This document shows positions 36,377 to 47,917 of a DNA stretch of 64,000 bases, piece by piece. The stretch covers positions 125,612,001-125,676,000 of the forward strand of contig OZ360219.1 of assembly GCA_977017645.1 (NCBI GenBank), in the 5' to 3' direction. The stretch comes from Torpedo marmorata (lineage: Eukaryota). Numbering within the stretch: position 1 is the stretch's first letter; each line of letters opens with the position of its first letter. Position numbers and translations under genes: made by a program. The notes beneath the pieces were generated by a model. That model was not told the DNA's origin, made no database searches, and was given only the letters and a program-made list of their open reading frames with translations.

Positions 36377-39300
36377 AGTAAATCACGAAAATCTGTAGAC
36401 ACCGTGGTTGAAGTAAAAACACAAAATGCTGGAGAAGCTCAGCAGGTCAAACAGTGTCTTTTATGTAGCAAAGGTAAAGATTCATAACTAACATTTCGGG
36501 CTTGAGCCCTTTATCAAAGTATGAGAAAGTGCCGGCAGGCGTCCGAACAAAAGAGTTGGGGGGGGGGGAGGGGTGGCAAAGGCAGGAGATGATAGATGGA
36601 GAAAGGAGGGAGGGGACAGCAGTAATGAGGGGAGGAGGGATGGCTGGGTGGGTGAAAGAACTGGAAAGACAGGACAGGGGGAGGAGAAAGGAAAGGCTAG
36701 CAGGTTTAGTGGAAAGCAGTAAAGTCAATGTTGATGCAATCTGGCTGGAGAGTGCCCAGACGGAAAATAAGGTGTTGTTCCTCCAATCTGCGGGTGGTCA
36801 GGGTGGGATAGTACACAAGGCCATGGACGGACATGTGAGTGTGGGAGTGTGACCCGGAATTGAAATGGTTGGCCACTGGGAGGTCGCTGTTGTTGTGAAC
36901 GGAGCGGAGCTGCTGAGCAAAGCGATGTCCCAATCTGCGACCGGTCTCTCCGATGTAGAGAAAGCCACAAAGGGAGCACTGGATGCAGTAAATAAGTCCT
37001 GTTTGGGGTCCCGGACCGTGGTGAGGGGGGAGGTGTGGGCGCAGGTGTTGCACCTCCTGCGGGCACAGGGGAAGCTGCCGGGGGTGCGATGGGTGGGGAG
37101 GGATGAGTGCACGAGGGAATCACAGAGGGAGCGGTCCCTATGGAAGGCCGAGAGTGGAGGAGAAGGAAAAATGTGTCTGGTGGTGGGATCCTGTAGTAAG
37201 TGCCGGAAATTCCGACGGATAACGTGTTGGATGCGGAGGCTGGTGGGGTAGTAGGTGAGGATGAGGGGGATTCTATGTTTATTGCATCTGGAGGCAGAGG
37301 GGGCCAGGGCAGATGAGTGGGAAATGGAGGAGATGCGGATGAGGGCTGAGTTGATGGTGGTGGAGGGGAAGCCACGTTTGTGGAAGAAGTCAGACATTTC
37401 AGAAGATCTGGACTGGAACACCTCATCTTGGGAACAGATGCGGCAGAGACGGAGAAATTGAGAGAAGGGGATGGAATCCTTGCAGGGGAAAGCGTGTGAG
37501 GAAGTGTAGTCCAGGTAGTTGTGGGGGTTGGAGGGTTTGTAGTATATGTCGGTGGAAAGCTTGTCTCCCGAGATGGAGACAGAGAGATCCAGGAAGGGGA
37601 GAGTGTTATCGGAGATGGACCAGGTGATTTTGAGATCGGGGTGGTAGTTGGACGCGAAATGGATGAAGTTGACAAGCTCATCGTGGGTGCATGAGGCAGC
37701 CCCGATGTAGTCATCGATATACCGGAGGAAGAGTTGAGGGATCTTGCCTGTGTAGGCTTGCAGCATGCATTGCTCCACAAAGCCCACAAACAGGCAGGCA
37801 TAGCTGGGACCCATGCGGGTACCCATGGCTACTCCTTTGATTTGGAGGAAGTGGGATGAGATAAAGGAGAAGTTATTCAGAGTGAGGACAAGTTATGCCA
37901 GGCGGAGGAGGGTGGTGGTAGAGGGTGAGTGGTCGGGTCTTTGGTCCAGGAAGAAGCGAAGTACTTTCAGACATTCTGTGTGGGGGATAGAGGTATAAAG
38001 GGATTGGACATCCATCGTGAAGATGAGGCAGTCCGGTTCAGAGAATCTGAAGTCATTGAGGAGATGGAGGGCATGTGAGGTGTCGTGGTTGTTGGTGGGG
38101 AAGGACTGGACCAGTGGAGAAAAGATAGAGTCAAGGTAAGATGAAACTAGTTTGGTGGGGCAGGAGCAGGCAGAAACAATGGGTCTGCCCGGATGGTTGA
38201 GGGACCAGTCGCAGATTGGGACATCGCTTCGCTCAGCACCTCCGCTCCGTTCGCAACAACAGCGACCTCCCAGTGGTCAACCATTTCAATTCCGAGTTAC
38301 ACTCCCCTGCTCACATGTCCGTCCATGGCCTTGTGTACTATCCCACCCTGACCACCTGCAGATTGGAGGAACAACACCTTATTTTCCGTCTGGGCACTCT
38401 CCAGTCAGATGGCATGAACATTGACTTTACTGCTTTCCACTAAACCTGCTATCCTTTTCTTTCCCCTCCCCCTGTCCTGTCTTTCCAGTTCTTCTACCCA
38501 CACAACGATCCATCCTTCTCCTCATTGCTGCTGTCCCCTCCCTCCTTTCTCCACCTATCATCTCCTGCCTTTGCCACCCCTTACCCCCCCACCCCCACTC
38601 CTTTGTTCGGACGCCTGCCGGCATTTTCTCATACTTTGATGAAGGGCTCAAGCCCGAAACGTCGGTTATGTATCTTTACATTTGCTACATAAAGGACACT
38701 GTTTGACCTGCTGAGCTTCAGCAGCATTTTGTGTTTTTACTTCAACCACGGTGTCTACAGACTTTCGTGATTTACGTCTGACCCGCCTCATCTTCATGAT
38801 TGATGTCCAATCCCTTTATACTTCTATTCCCACACAGAAGGTCTGAAAGCACTTCGCTTCTTCCTGGACCAAAGACCCAGCCACTCACCCTCTACCACCA
38901 CCCTCCTCTGCCTGGCAGAACTTGTCCTCACTCTAAATAACTTCTCCTTTAACTCATCCCACTTCCTCCAAATCAAAGGAGTAGCCATGGGTACCCACAT
39001 GGGTCCCAGCTATGCCTGCCTGCTTGTGGGCTTTGTGGAGCAATCTATGCTGCAAGCCTACACACGCAAGACCCCTCATCTCTTCCTCTGTTATATCGAT
39101 GACTACATCGGGGCTGCCTCATGCACCCGCAATGAACTTGTCAACTTCATACACTTCGCGTCCAACTACCACCCCGATCTCAAACTCACCTGGTCCATCT
39201 CCGATAACACTCTCCCCTTCCAGGATATCTCTGTCTCAATCTCGGGAGACAAGCTTTCCCCCGACATGTACTACAAAGCCTCCAACTCCCACAACTATCT

Positions 39301-40427
39301 GGACTACACTTCCTCACACCCTATCCCCTGCAAGGATTCCATCCCCTTCTCTCAATTTCTCCATCTCCGCCGCATCTGTTCCCAAGGTGAGGTCTACCAG
39401 TCCAGATCTTCTGAAATGTCTGCCTTTTTCCACAAACGTGGCTTCCACTCCACCACCATCAACTCAGCCCTCACCCGCTTCTCCTCCATTTACCGCTCAT
39501 CTGCTCTGGCCCCCTCTGCCCCCAGATGCAACAAACATAGAATCCCCCTCATCCTCACCTACCACCCCACCAGCCTCCGCATCCAACACATTATCCGTCT
39601 GAATTTCCGGCACTTACTACAGGATCCCACCACCAGACACATTTTTCCTTCTCCTCCCCTCTCGGCCTTCCGTAGGGACCGCTCCCTCCGCGATTCCCTC
39701 GTGCACTCATCCCTCCCCACCCATCGCACCTCCGGCACCTTCCCCTGTGCCCGCAGGAGGTGCAACACTTGAGCCCACACCTCCTCCCTCATCACGGTCC
39801 GTGGCCCCAAACAGGCCTTTCAAGTGAAGCAACACTTCACTTGTACTTCCAGAGGACTTATTTACTGCATCCAGTGCTCCCTTTGTGGCTTTCTCTACAT
39901 CAGAGAGACCGGTCGTAGATTGGGAGATCGCTTTGCTGAGCACCTCCGCACCGTTCGCAACAACAGCGATCTCCCAGTGGCCAACAATTTGAATTCTGAG
40001 TCACTCTCCTGTGCTCACATGTCCGTCCATGGCCTTGTGTACTCTCCCACCCTGACCACCCGCAGATTGGAGGAACAACACCTTATTTTCCGTCTGGGCA
40101 CTCTCCAGCCAGATGGCATGAACATTGACTTTACTGCTTTCCACTAAACCTGCTCGCCTTTTCTTTCCCCTCCCCCCTCACCTGTCCTTCCTGTTTTTCT
40201 CCAGCTACCTAGCCATCCCTCCTCCCCCTCTTTGCTGCTGTCCCCTCCCTCCTTTCTCCACCTATCATCTCCTGCCTTTGCCATCCCCTTCCCCCCTCAC
40301 TCTTTTGTTCGGACGCCTGCCAGCATTTTCTCATACTTTGATGAAGGGCTTAAGCCCAAAACGTCATTTGCTACATAGAGGTCACTGTTTGACCTGCTGA
40401 GCTTCTCCACCATTTTGTGTTTTTACT
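36377..40427. mobile_element. Penelope-like element composite: inverted arm (36377-38198, minus), pLTR (38199-38775, plus) and forward arm (38780-40427, plus)
   Basis: RT motifs MGTRMGPSYA...RYIDD; GIY-YIG endonuclease LIYCIQC...LYIGETGR; 13-bp TSD ATATGCTAGGTGA (36364-36376, 40428-40440). Confidence 0.92.
38628..38670 (+). ncRNA. Minimal type I hammerhead ribozyme motif in the Penelope pLTR
   Basis: CATACT-TTGATGA-A-GGGC(TCAA)GCCC-GAAA-CGTC-GGTTATG; decayed copies at 40329-40365 (plus) and 36483-36525 (minus). Confidence 0.65.
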
Positions 40428-41643
40428 ATATGCTAGGTGATGTGGATCCTTGAAGATTGCTGCTGCTCTCCGACGGCAGCGTTCCCTGCAGATGTTCTTG
40501 ATTGTAGGGATGGTCTTGCCTGTAATGTCCTAGGCTGTGTCCACTACTTTTTGGAGGGCTTTACACTCAGGGGTACTGGTTTCCCCATACCAGACCATGA
40601 TGCAGCCAGTCAGCACAGTTTCCAGCACACAGCTGTAGAAATTTTCCAGGGTTTGTGGAGTCATACCAAACCTCCGCAAACTCCTGAGGAAGTAGCGGCG
40701 CTGACGTGCTTTCTTCATGATGCCATTGGTGTGTTGGGTCCAGGAAAGATCCTCCGAGATAGTGCCTCCCAATAAATTAAATTTGCTCACTCTCTCCACC
40801 TCTGATCCCCCAATGATCGCTGGACCATACTCCTCTGATTTTCCCTTCCTGAAGTCAATAAACAGCTCCTTGGTTTTGGTGACATTGAGTGCGAGGTTGT
40901 TGTTGTTACCATTCGGCCACGTTTTCAATCTCCCTCCTGTATGCTGACTCATCGCCCCTTTTTATACAACCCAAGACTGTGGAATCGTCAGCGAATTTGT
41001 AGATGGTGTTGTTGTCATATCGAGCCACACAGTCATGGGTGTAAAGTGAGTAGAGCAGGGGTCTAAGAACACAGCCCTGTGGTGCTCCGGTACTGATGGA
41101 GATTGTGGAGGAGATGTTCTGACCAATCATCACTGACTGTGGTCAGGATCCAATTACACAGTGGGGTGTTGAGTCCCAGGTCTTGGGAGTTTGCTGCTCA
41201 GTTTTGAGGAGATGATGGTGTTGAATGCTGAACAGTGGTTTATAAAGAGCGTCCTGAAATATGCATATTTGCTGTCTATATGTTCCAGGATTTTGTGTAG
41301 AGCCTGTGAGATGGCATCTGCTGTCAACCTATTGCTACGATATGCGGATTGGAAAACATCAGACCTTGATTTGTATATCTGAAGGTCTTTCTGTGTATCT
41401 CCAACTTGCGTAGTCAAACAGCATAGAAGCATAAAACACAAGAGCAAAGAAACTTATAGTCTGTGCTGAACTATTTTTCTGCCGAGTCACACTGACCTGC
41501 ACACGTCAAAATTTTCTTAAATGTCAAAATTGAGCCTGCATATACCAATTCTGTTGATAGCTCATTCCACACTCCCACCACTCTCTGCATGAAGTCCCTC
41601 CTAATGTTCTCTTTAAACTTTTCCCCTTTCACCCTAACACATG

Positions 41644-41895
41644 TGTGGTAAACCACTGTTTATGTATTTGTGGTGTAGAGGTGTATTACAGGCTGTCACG
41701 ATGTCTACTCCCTCCCCTCCCTTGGGTGTCCAGGTAATCCCTCCCCTTTCCTCACCCGAATAAAGGCCACTGTATCTCGGCCACCCCTCCAGTCCGGGTC
41801 AGATCTACTAGGAAGCACTGCTTAGTTCTTAGATAATAAAAGCCTATGATTCACTCGCTCTCGCAGTCTTTGAGTGGTTATTGATAGGCCTATCA
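41644..41895 (+). mobile_element. Solo LTR of a third family related to Gypsy A/B
   Basis: TGTGGTAAACCAC...AATAAAGGCC...AATAAAAGCCTAT...TTGATAGGCCTATCA; TSD ACATG (41639-41643, 41896-41900). Confidence 0.92.
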
Positions 41896-42776
41896 ACATG
41901 TCCTCTATCATCCTTAAGGAGGGAGAAACACGAGAGAGGGTGTAGTGGTTTGGCAGCTCAAGGTATGGCCATTAATTATGGAGCGAATACACGAGATGCC
42001 ATAACTGGAGATATTCAGATATTTTAGAAATTATCACTCCTCTCTCCAAAACCCTCCTTCCACTCTCTGCCTGCACCTTTCCATTTTCTCCAACCCCACT
42101 ACTACCACTACTACTACCCATTCTGTAAAGGACTAGATCCAATTATCATTAGTTTTAAGCAACAAGGACACACAAGTATAGATTTATACAAAAAACATTT
42201 ACAACAATTGGTTCCCTTTGACATTTGAGAAATTTTCCCTACAATCACTTGGAGTTAATTGGAGGGAATTCAGAACATTTGCTCTGTTCTTGATCACATC
42301 TATACTGAGAGTCAAATCTGTCACTGTTGCATAGTGCAAGTGGAGAAAATGGCAATCCAATAAGCCAGGGCCAAGCTCAACTAATCAAGTGTTTGGGGAT
42401 TGATTCCAAAGTGGCAACATAAGGAAATGGAGGCAAGACCAAGATTGTTTAATTCCTGGGTCTACTAAAGCTGAATTCCATGTAGTCATTCTTACCCAGA
42501 TGCAGAAAATAACAACTTAGTCTGGCCAATGGCAACCTGTCAGAAAAAAACTTTGCCAGTGATTTAAGAGATCAGTCCCTTGGTGATAATTTAGAGACAA
42601 GAGCAATCATGGCTGGGAGTTGGGGAGACCCAATGTTTCCATGTGAGTTTCAATTAATAAAGCCAAAGGAAACAGTAGAGGCTGCCTTATTAAATATATT
42701 TAAGGCACAGTTAGTTAGATGTTTGCATGGAGCAGAATTTAATGTTATGGGGTAAAGGTAAGTAATGGAGAAGAAT

Positions 42777-42966
42777 CTTGAGTTGTCAAACTCCTACACC
42801 CTCTCTCGTGTTTCTCCCTCCTCTAGGATGCTAGAGGACATGTGTTAGGGTGAAAGGGGAAAAGTTTAAAGAGACCATTAGGGGAACTTCTTCATGCAGA
42901 GAGTAGTGGGAGTGTGGAATGAGCTACCAACAGAATTGGTAAATGCAGGCTCAATTTTGACATTTT
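42777..42966. repeat. Inverted copy (about 190 bp) of 41519-41963 without the solo LTR
   Basis: Reverse-complement match that spans both a CR1 3' fragment and the adjacent non-CR1 flank. Confidence 0.85.
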
Positions 42967-43399
42967 AGAATCCACAGCCAGATCAGTCATAATGAATGGT
43001 AGAGCAGTGTCAACAGACCAGATGGCCTACTCTTACTGTTATTTCTTGTGTTTTTGTGAGTATTTTTGAGTCTCCTGGTCCTTGAGAAACTCAGCAAAAA
43101 ACATAGAACTTACCAGTATCTTTGTTTCACTGACTGGTCAATGATACCACCAAACACATGTAGGCAGTATTAAAGTAGCATTGGTACCAAGTATGTGGAG
43201 AGTTCGCTTACAAATGGTTCAAAAAGCAGAGAATTAAAATGGCAGTGGGTAGAAGGGAGTGAGAGTTCTCTCCCTTGCTTTTAGTTTATTCTGGTTACAT
43301 CATCATGAGATTTGAAGACAAACTCAGGCATGCAGCATTCTCATGCTCTTCATTTGTGCTATCCAGTTCACATCAACAGTCAGGATTCCTAGCTAATAT

Positions 43400-44225
43400 A
43401 TTCAAGATTCAATAATCTTTTATTGTTATGTAATAGTACAGAACAAGTAATATTACACAAAATTGCCTTCAGCCTGCTGCAAAGCAGACAAAGTGTCACC
43501 ATTCGTGTTGCCCGGCACCCCCTACAGTAATAGAGAAAGAGAAGCAAAAGAGAATTGCTTCAGACTCACTGAGTGCCCGTAGATTTGTCTCAAATACACC
43601 TCTAGCCTCGGCAGCCACACAGACACCTGCTTGATCTATCGGCATCCCAAGGTCCAGATCCAAACCTCAGACACGATCAGGAAGCCCTCAGTGATCAAGG
43701 TACTTCAGGAATCCTTCTTGCCCTCAGCACCCTCTCAAATTACAATTCCAATACCTGGTTCCCATGAGCCAGTCTCCAGAAGCCCACAGCCCATGCGGGA
43801 CACCCGTCTGCAAGTCGCCTGTAGCCAGTGTGGGTCCCTCAGCCATTGAACCCCTCGCTGGTACATTGCTGTGGTTACCATCCTGTAGGGTCGTCTCCTC
43901 TGCTTCTCCTTTTTAACGGGGTGGGGGGGGGGTTGGAGGCAGCGTTTCCATGTTTCTGGTGCCCTGCGCTGCTCCCCTGGAATCTGTAACCCCTCGTGCT
44001 GGCTGCTGACCATAGGCATCACCAATTTGGGCACAGACCAACGTGGTGGCAGGATTTTAAAATAAAACAGTCACTCATTTAACAGGCTGTTTAAAGCCTG
44101 TACAAAGCTATTGGCGTTAGGACTGGGCGGTTGAAACCTTCGGGGCAGCGCTATGTCCCCACTCTCTGCTCTCCAAGGTCTGCACCAGTGGCAGCACTGC
44201 TGTTACAGCAGCTCCACCACTGATT
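43400..44225 (-). mobile_element. Unclassified retroposon with a Rex1-like 3' tail
   Basis: Minus-strand end ...AATAAAAGATTATTGAATCTTGAA, a Rex-like 3' UTR and a higher-GC body with no recognisable ORF. Confidence 0.35.
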
Positions 44226-44457
44226 GTTTTAGTTGAATTTCCCAACATACTCAAAAAACATCACACAATCTGAGCAAAATCAGCCAAACTAATGTAGCAT
44301 GTGACAACATTAAGGAACATAAGAAATAGGAACAGGAGAAGGCCATCCGGCCCATCAAGCCTGCTCTGCCATTCAATGAGATCATGGCTGATCTGATAAT
44401 AGGCTCATCTCCACTTACCTGCCTTTTCCCCATATCCCTTAATTCCCTAACTATGTA

Positions 44458-47400
44458 TTTTTAATATCGTCACAAATTCAAGATAGAATAACTCAAATTT
44501 CTTATAAAGCAAGAATAATTTCAGACCATTCACCGTTATTAATGACATGTATAATTCCAGAGAAAGAAAAAACTGTATATAACTGGAGATTAGATTCTTC
44601 TTTATTAAATAGAAAAGATTTTTGTGAATATATAAGAAAAGAAATTCAGGAATTTTTAAGAATTAATAACAATTCAGTTGATGATAAGTTTATAATTTGG
44701 GAATCTTTAAAAGCATATTTAAGAGGATTGATAATAAGCTTCTCGGCAAAAATCAGAAAAGATTACTTGAAAGAAGAAGAAAAACTGGAGGGGGAGATTG
44801 AAGTTATGGAAAAAGATTTTCAAAGAAATAAAACAATTTTTAAGAGACAACGTTTAATGGGGAAAAAATTACATTATAATATATTACAAACTCGAAAAAT
44901 AGAAAAATTAATTGGTAGAACAAAGCAAAGATATTATGAATTGGGAGAAAGAGCACATAAAGTTTTAGCATGGCAATTAAAGAAAGAACAAGTTTCTAAA
45001 ACTATAAATGCTATAAAGAAAAGTAATGGAGATATAACTTATAAACCTCAAGAAATAAATAATTCTTTTAAAGAATATTATCAAAATTTATATACTTCAC
45101 AAATGAGTCAAGATGTTGTAAAAATTGATGATTTTTTATCTAAAATTATATTGCCCAAATTAAATAGTTCTAATAGAGATTTGTTAGATTTACCAATTAC
45201 AATGAGAGAAGTAGGTGAGGCTCTATCATCATTGAATAGTGGTAAATCTCCTGGTGATGATGGATTTCCTGTAGAGTTTTATAAGAAGTTTAAAGATTTA
45301 TTGATACCTATATATATGGAAGTATTGACTCAAATAAAGGAAACTCAGTTATTACCGAAAACATTTTTAAATGCTGTTATTACAGTTATACCAAAGAAGG
45401 ATAGAGATGTATTGAAAACTGAATCGTATAGACCTATATCATTGTTAAATGTAGATTATAAATTAATGGCAAAAATCTTGACAAATAGACTAGCTAAGTT
45501 TTTACCATTTTTAATACATCCAGATCAAGCAGGATTTATTAAAAATAGATATTCAAAGGATAATATAGCAAGATTAATAAGTTTGATTAATTTACAAAAA
45601 AAGAAACAGGATTTACCGTTAGTGATAGCATTAGATGCAGAAAAAGCATTTGATAGATTAGAGTGGAAGTTTTTATTTAAGGTTTTAGAGAAATATGGAT
45701 TTGGAAATACGTTTATAAATTGGATTAAAACTATATATAAGGAACCTACAGCTAAAGTAATTACAAATGGTCAAATATCATCTAAATTTTCTTTGACACG
45801 GTCAACAAGACAAGGATGTCCATTGTCACCTGCTTTATTTGTATTGGCAATAGAACCGTTGGCGGAAATGATTAGGAAAGATATGAATATAAATGGGATA
45901 AAAGTAGGTGCAGAAGAGCATAAAATTAGTTTGTTTGCAGATGATGTATTAATATATATGACAAAGTCTATTGAATCACTTCAACAATTAGATAAAATAT
46001 TGAGGGATTATGGTGAAATATCTGGATATAAAATAAATTCGGATAAAAGTGAAATAATGGCTTTATCTCAAGGAGATTATACTAAATGTAAAGAAGTTAC
46101 AAAATTTAAATGGGCTAAAGAAGCAATTAAATATTTGGGAGTTAAAGTGGATATAAAGTTAGAAAATTTATATAAATTAAATTATATACCTTTATTTCAG
46201 AAAATAAAGAAGGATTTGGATAATTGGAAAGATTTACCTATAACTTTAATGGGAAGAGTGAATTGTATTAAAATGAATATTTTTCCAAGAGTTCAATATC
46301 TTTTTCAATCTATACCTTTTGGTATTCCTCAAAAATTTTTTAAAGATTTAAAAAATATTATTAGAAAGTTTTTATGGAAAGGAAAATTGGCAAGAGTAAG
46401 TATGGATAAATTAACTTGGGAATATGAAATGGGTGGACTACAACTTCCTAATTTTCAATATTATTATAAGGCAGCACAATTAAAATTTATAAATGAATTA
46501 TTTGATTTAACTAAAAATACGGCTTGGATTAATATAGAATTAAGTAATATAGGAGAAAGAAATAAGGAAGATATTATTTATAAATGGAATTCTAAATTAT
46601 TATTGATTAAAAAGAAAAAGTCACCGATTATTAGACATTTACTAGAGATTTGGAATCAATTAGATAATGAAATAGGGCGAAAAGGATCAATTTCTTTAAA
46701 TATGCCATTATATCAGAATTTATTACTACCATTTTCTATGGATAATCAATTTTTAAAATTATGGTATCAAAAAGGAATTAAGAAGATTAAAGATTGTTTT
46801 GAGGCAGGAAGATTTGTTACTTTTTCTAGATTGAAAGAAAAATTTGGAATAATGGATAATACAATTTTGGCTTATTATCAAGTTAAAGGATTTTTAGTTG
46901 AGAAATTAGGGAATCAATTAATATCTCCTAGACAGGATGGGTTAGAGTTATTAATTACTAATGGAAATGTTAATAAATTTATATCGCAAATGTATAAATT
47001 ATTTCAGAAAATGATACCTAAAGTAGGACTGCATAAATCTAGATTAAATTGGGAATCAGATCTAAATACTAGTATAGATGAACAACACTGGAAAGAATTG
47101 TGTAAATTGAGTATGACTAAGATTATTAATGTTAGATATAGATTAGTACAGTATAACTTTTTTCATCAATTATATATAACACCTAAAAAATTAAAGAAAT
47201 TCAATCCGGCATTGTCAGATATGTGTTTTAGATGTAAAGATGAAATAGGTTCTTTTGTACATTGTACATGGTCATGTTTGAAAATTAAAAATTTTTGGGT
47301 TAAAGTCAAAGATTTTTTAGATAGAATTTTTAATATTACGATTCCAATGGATCCTATGATATTTTTGTTTGGAGATATTAAAAAAATTAGTATTAGAAAT

Positions 47401-47917
47401 AGATTAAATATGTACCAAATAGAATTTTTACGAATCGTGTTAGCTATTTCAAAAAAATGTATTGCTATTACTTGGAAATCAGACTTAGATTTGAATTTAG
47501 ATAGATTACATGCAGAGTTACGTTCTTGTATACCACTGGAAAAAATTACGTATAATTTACGAGACAAATATAATTTCTTTTTGAAAATTTGGAGCCCATA
47601 CATGAGAATTATGGGTATGAATTAATTCTCTAAATGTTAGTACCGCTGACAAAAGTAACCTCCAATATACAAATAGAGTTAGTTTGAAATAGTTTTCTCC
47701 TCATACTAACTCTCTTAACTTTATTTCTCATTCTATTTCTTTTCTTTTAACTAACATTTTTATATATTCTTATTTTTCTTTTTTTATTAGAATAGTGTGG
47801 GAGGGTTGGGGAGGGGAGGGAGGGAGGGGGGGATGGTAAATGTATCACATGTATTTTGAATAATATATTATTTTTGATTATGTATTTTGTGATTTTAAAA
47901 ACTAAATAAAATTATAA
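44458..47917 (+). mobile_element. Young 5'-truncated AT-rich L1-clade LINE
   Basis: 17-bp TSD AATTCCCTAACTATGTA (44441-44457, 47918-47934), TT|AA-type target, G-rich 3' UTR and AATAAA. Confidence 0.95.
44542..47625 (+). CDS. L1 ORF2, N-terminally truncated: end of endonuclease, RT, C-terminal Cys-rich domain
   Basis: In-frame ISDHS just upstream, YRPISLLNVDYK, LDAEKAFD, TRQGCPLSP, LFADD, CFRC...HCTWSC; 1027 aa without stops. Confidence 0.93.
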   Translation: MTCIIPEKEKTVYNWRLDSSLLNRKDFCEYIRKEIQEFLRINNNSVDDKFIIWESLKAYLRGLIISFSAKIRKDYLKEEEKLEGEIEVMEKDFQRNKTIFKRQRLMGKKLHYNILQTRKIEKLIGRTKQRYYELGERAHKVLAWQLKKEQVSKTINAIKKSNGDITYKPQEINNSFKEYYQNLYTSQMSQDVVKIDDFLSKIILPKLNSSNRDLLDLPITMREVGEALSSLNSGKSPGDDGFPVEFYKKFKDLLIPIYMEVLTQIKETQLLPKTFLNAVITVIPKKDRDVLKTESYRPISLLNVDYKLMAKILTNRLAKFLPFLIHPDQAGFIKNRYSKDNIARLISLINLQKKKQDLPLVIALDAEKAFDRLEWKFLFKVLEKYGFGNTFINWIKTIYKEPTAKVITNGQISSKFSLTRSTRQGCPLSPALFVLAIEPLAEMIRKDMNINGIKVGAEEHKISLFADDVLIYMTKSIESLQQLDKILRDYGEISGYKINSDKSEIMALSQGDYTKCKEVTKFKWAKEAIKYLGVKVDIKLENLYKLNYIPLFQKIKKDLDNWKDLPITLMGRVNCIKMNIFPRVQYLFQSIPFGIPQKFFKDLKNIIRKFLWKGKLARVSMDKLTWEYEMGGLQLPNFQYYYKAAQLKFINELFDLTKNTAWINIELSNIGERNKEDIIYKWNSKLLLIKKKKSPIIRHLLEIWNQLDNEIGRKGSISLNMPLYQNLLLPFSMDNQFLKLWYQKGIKKIKDCFEAGRFVTFSRLKEKFGIMDNTILAYYQVKGFLVEKLGNQLISPRQDGLELLITNGNVNKFISQMYKLFQKMIPKVGLHKSRLNWESDLNTSIDEQHWKELCKLSMTKIINVRYRLVQYNFFHQLYITPKKLKKFNPALSDMCFRCKDEIGSFVHCTWSCLKIKNFWVKVKDFLDRIFNITIPMDPMIFLFGDIKKISIRNRLNMYQIEFLRIVLAISKKCIAITWKSDLDLNLDRLHAELRSCIPLEKITYNLRDKYNFFLKIWSPYMRIMGMN

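Larger units (their letters stand above)
36020..41360 (-). mobile_element. Degenerate Rex1-type LINE split by the Penelope insertion
   Basis: GAPQGCVLRPLLY...YKFADD (40906-41133), LRSLRRFGM (40530-40952), LLPSGKRYR (about 36350); (TCTGAAA)n tail at 36020-36040. Confidence 0.85.

Noticed and set aside
36725-37801. 358-aa Pro/Ser/Thr-rich ORF (and its counterpart 39012-39602)
   Set aside because: Alternative frame of the C-rich Penelope RT strand, not a mucin-like gene
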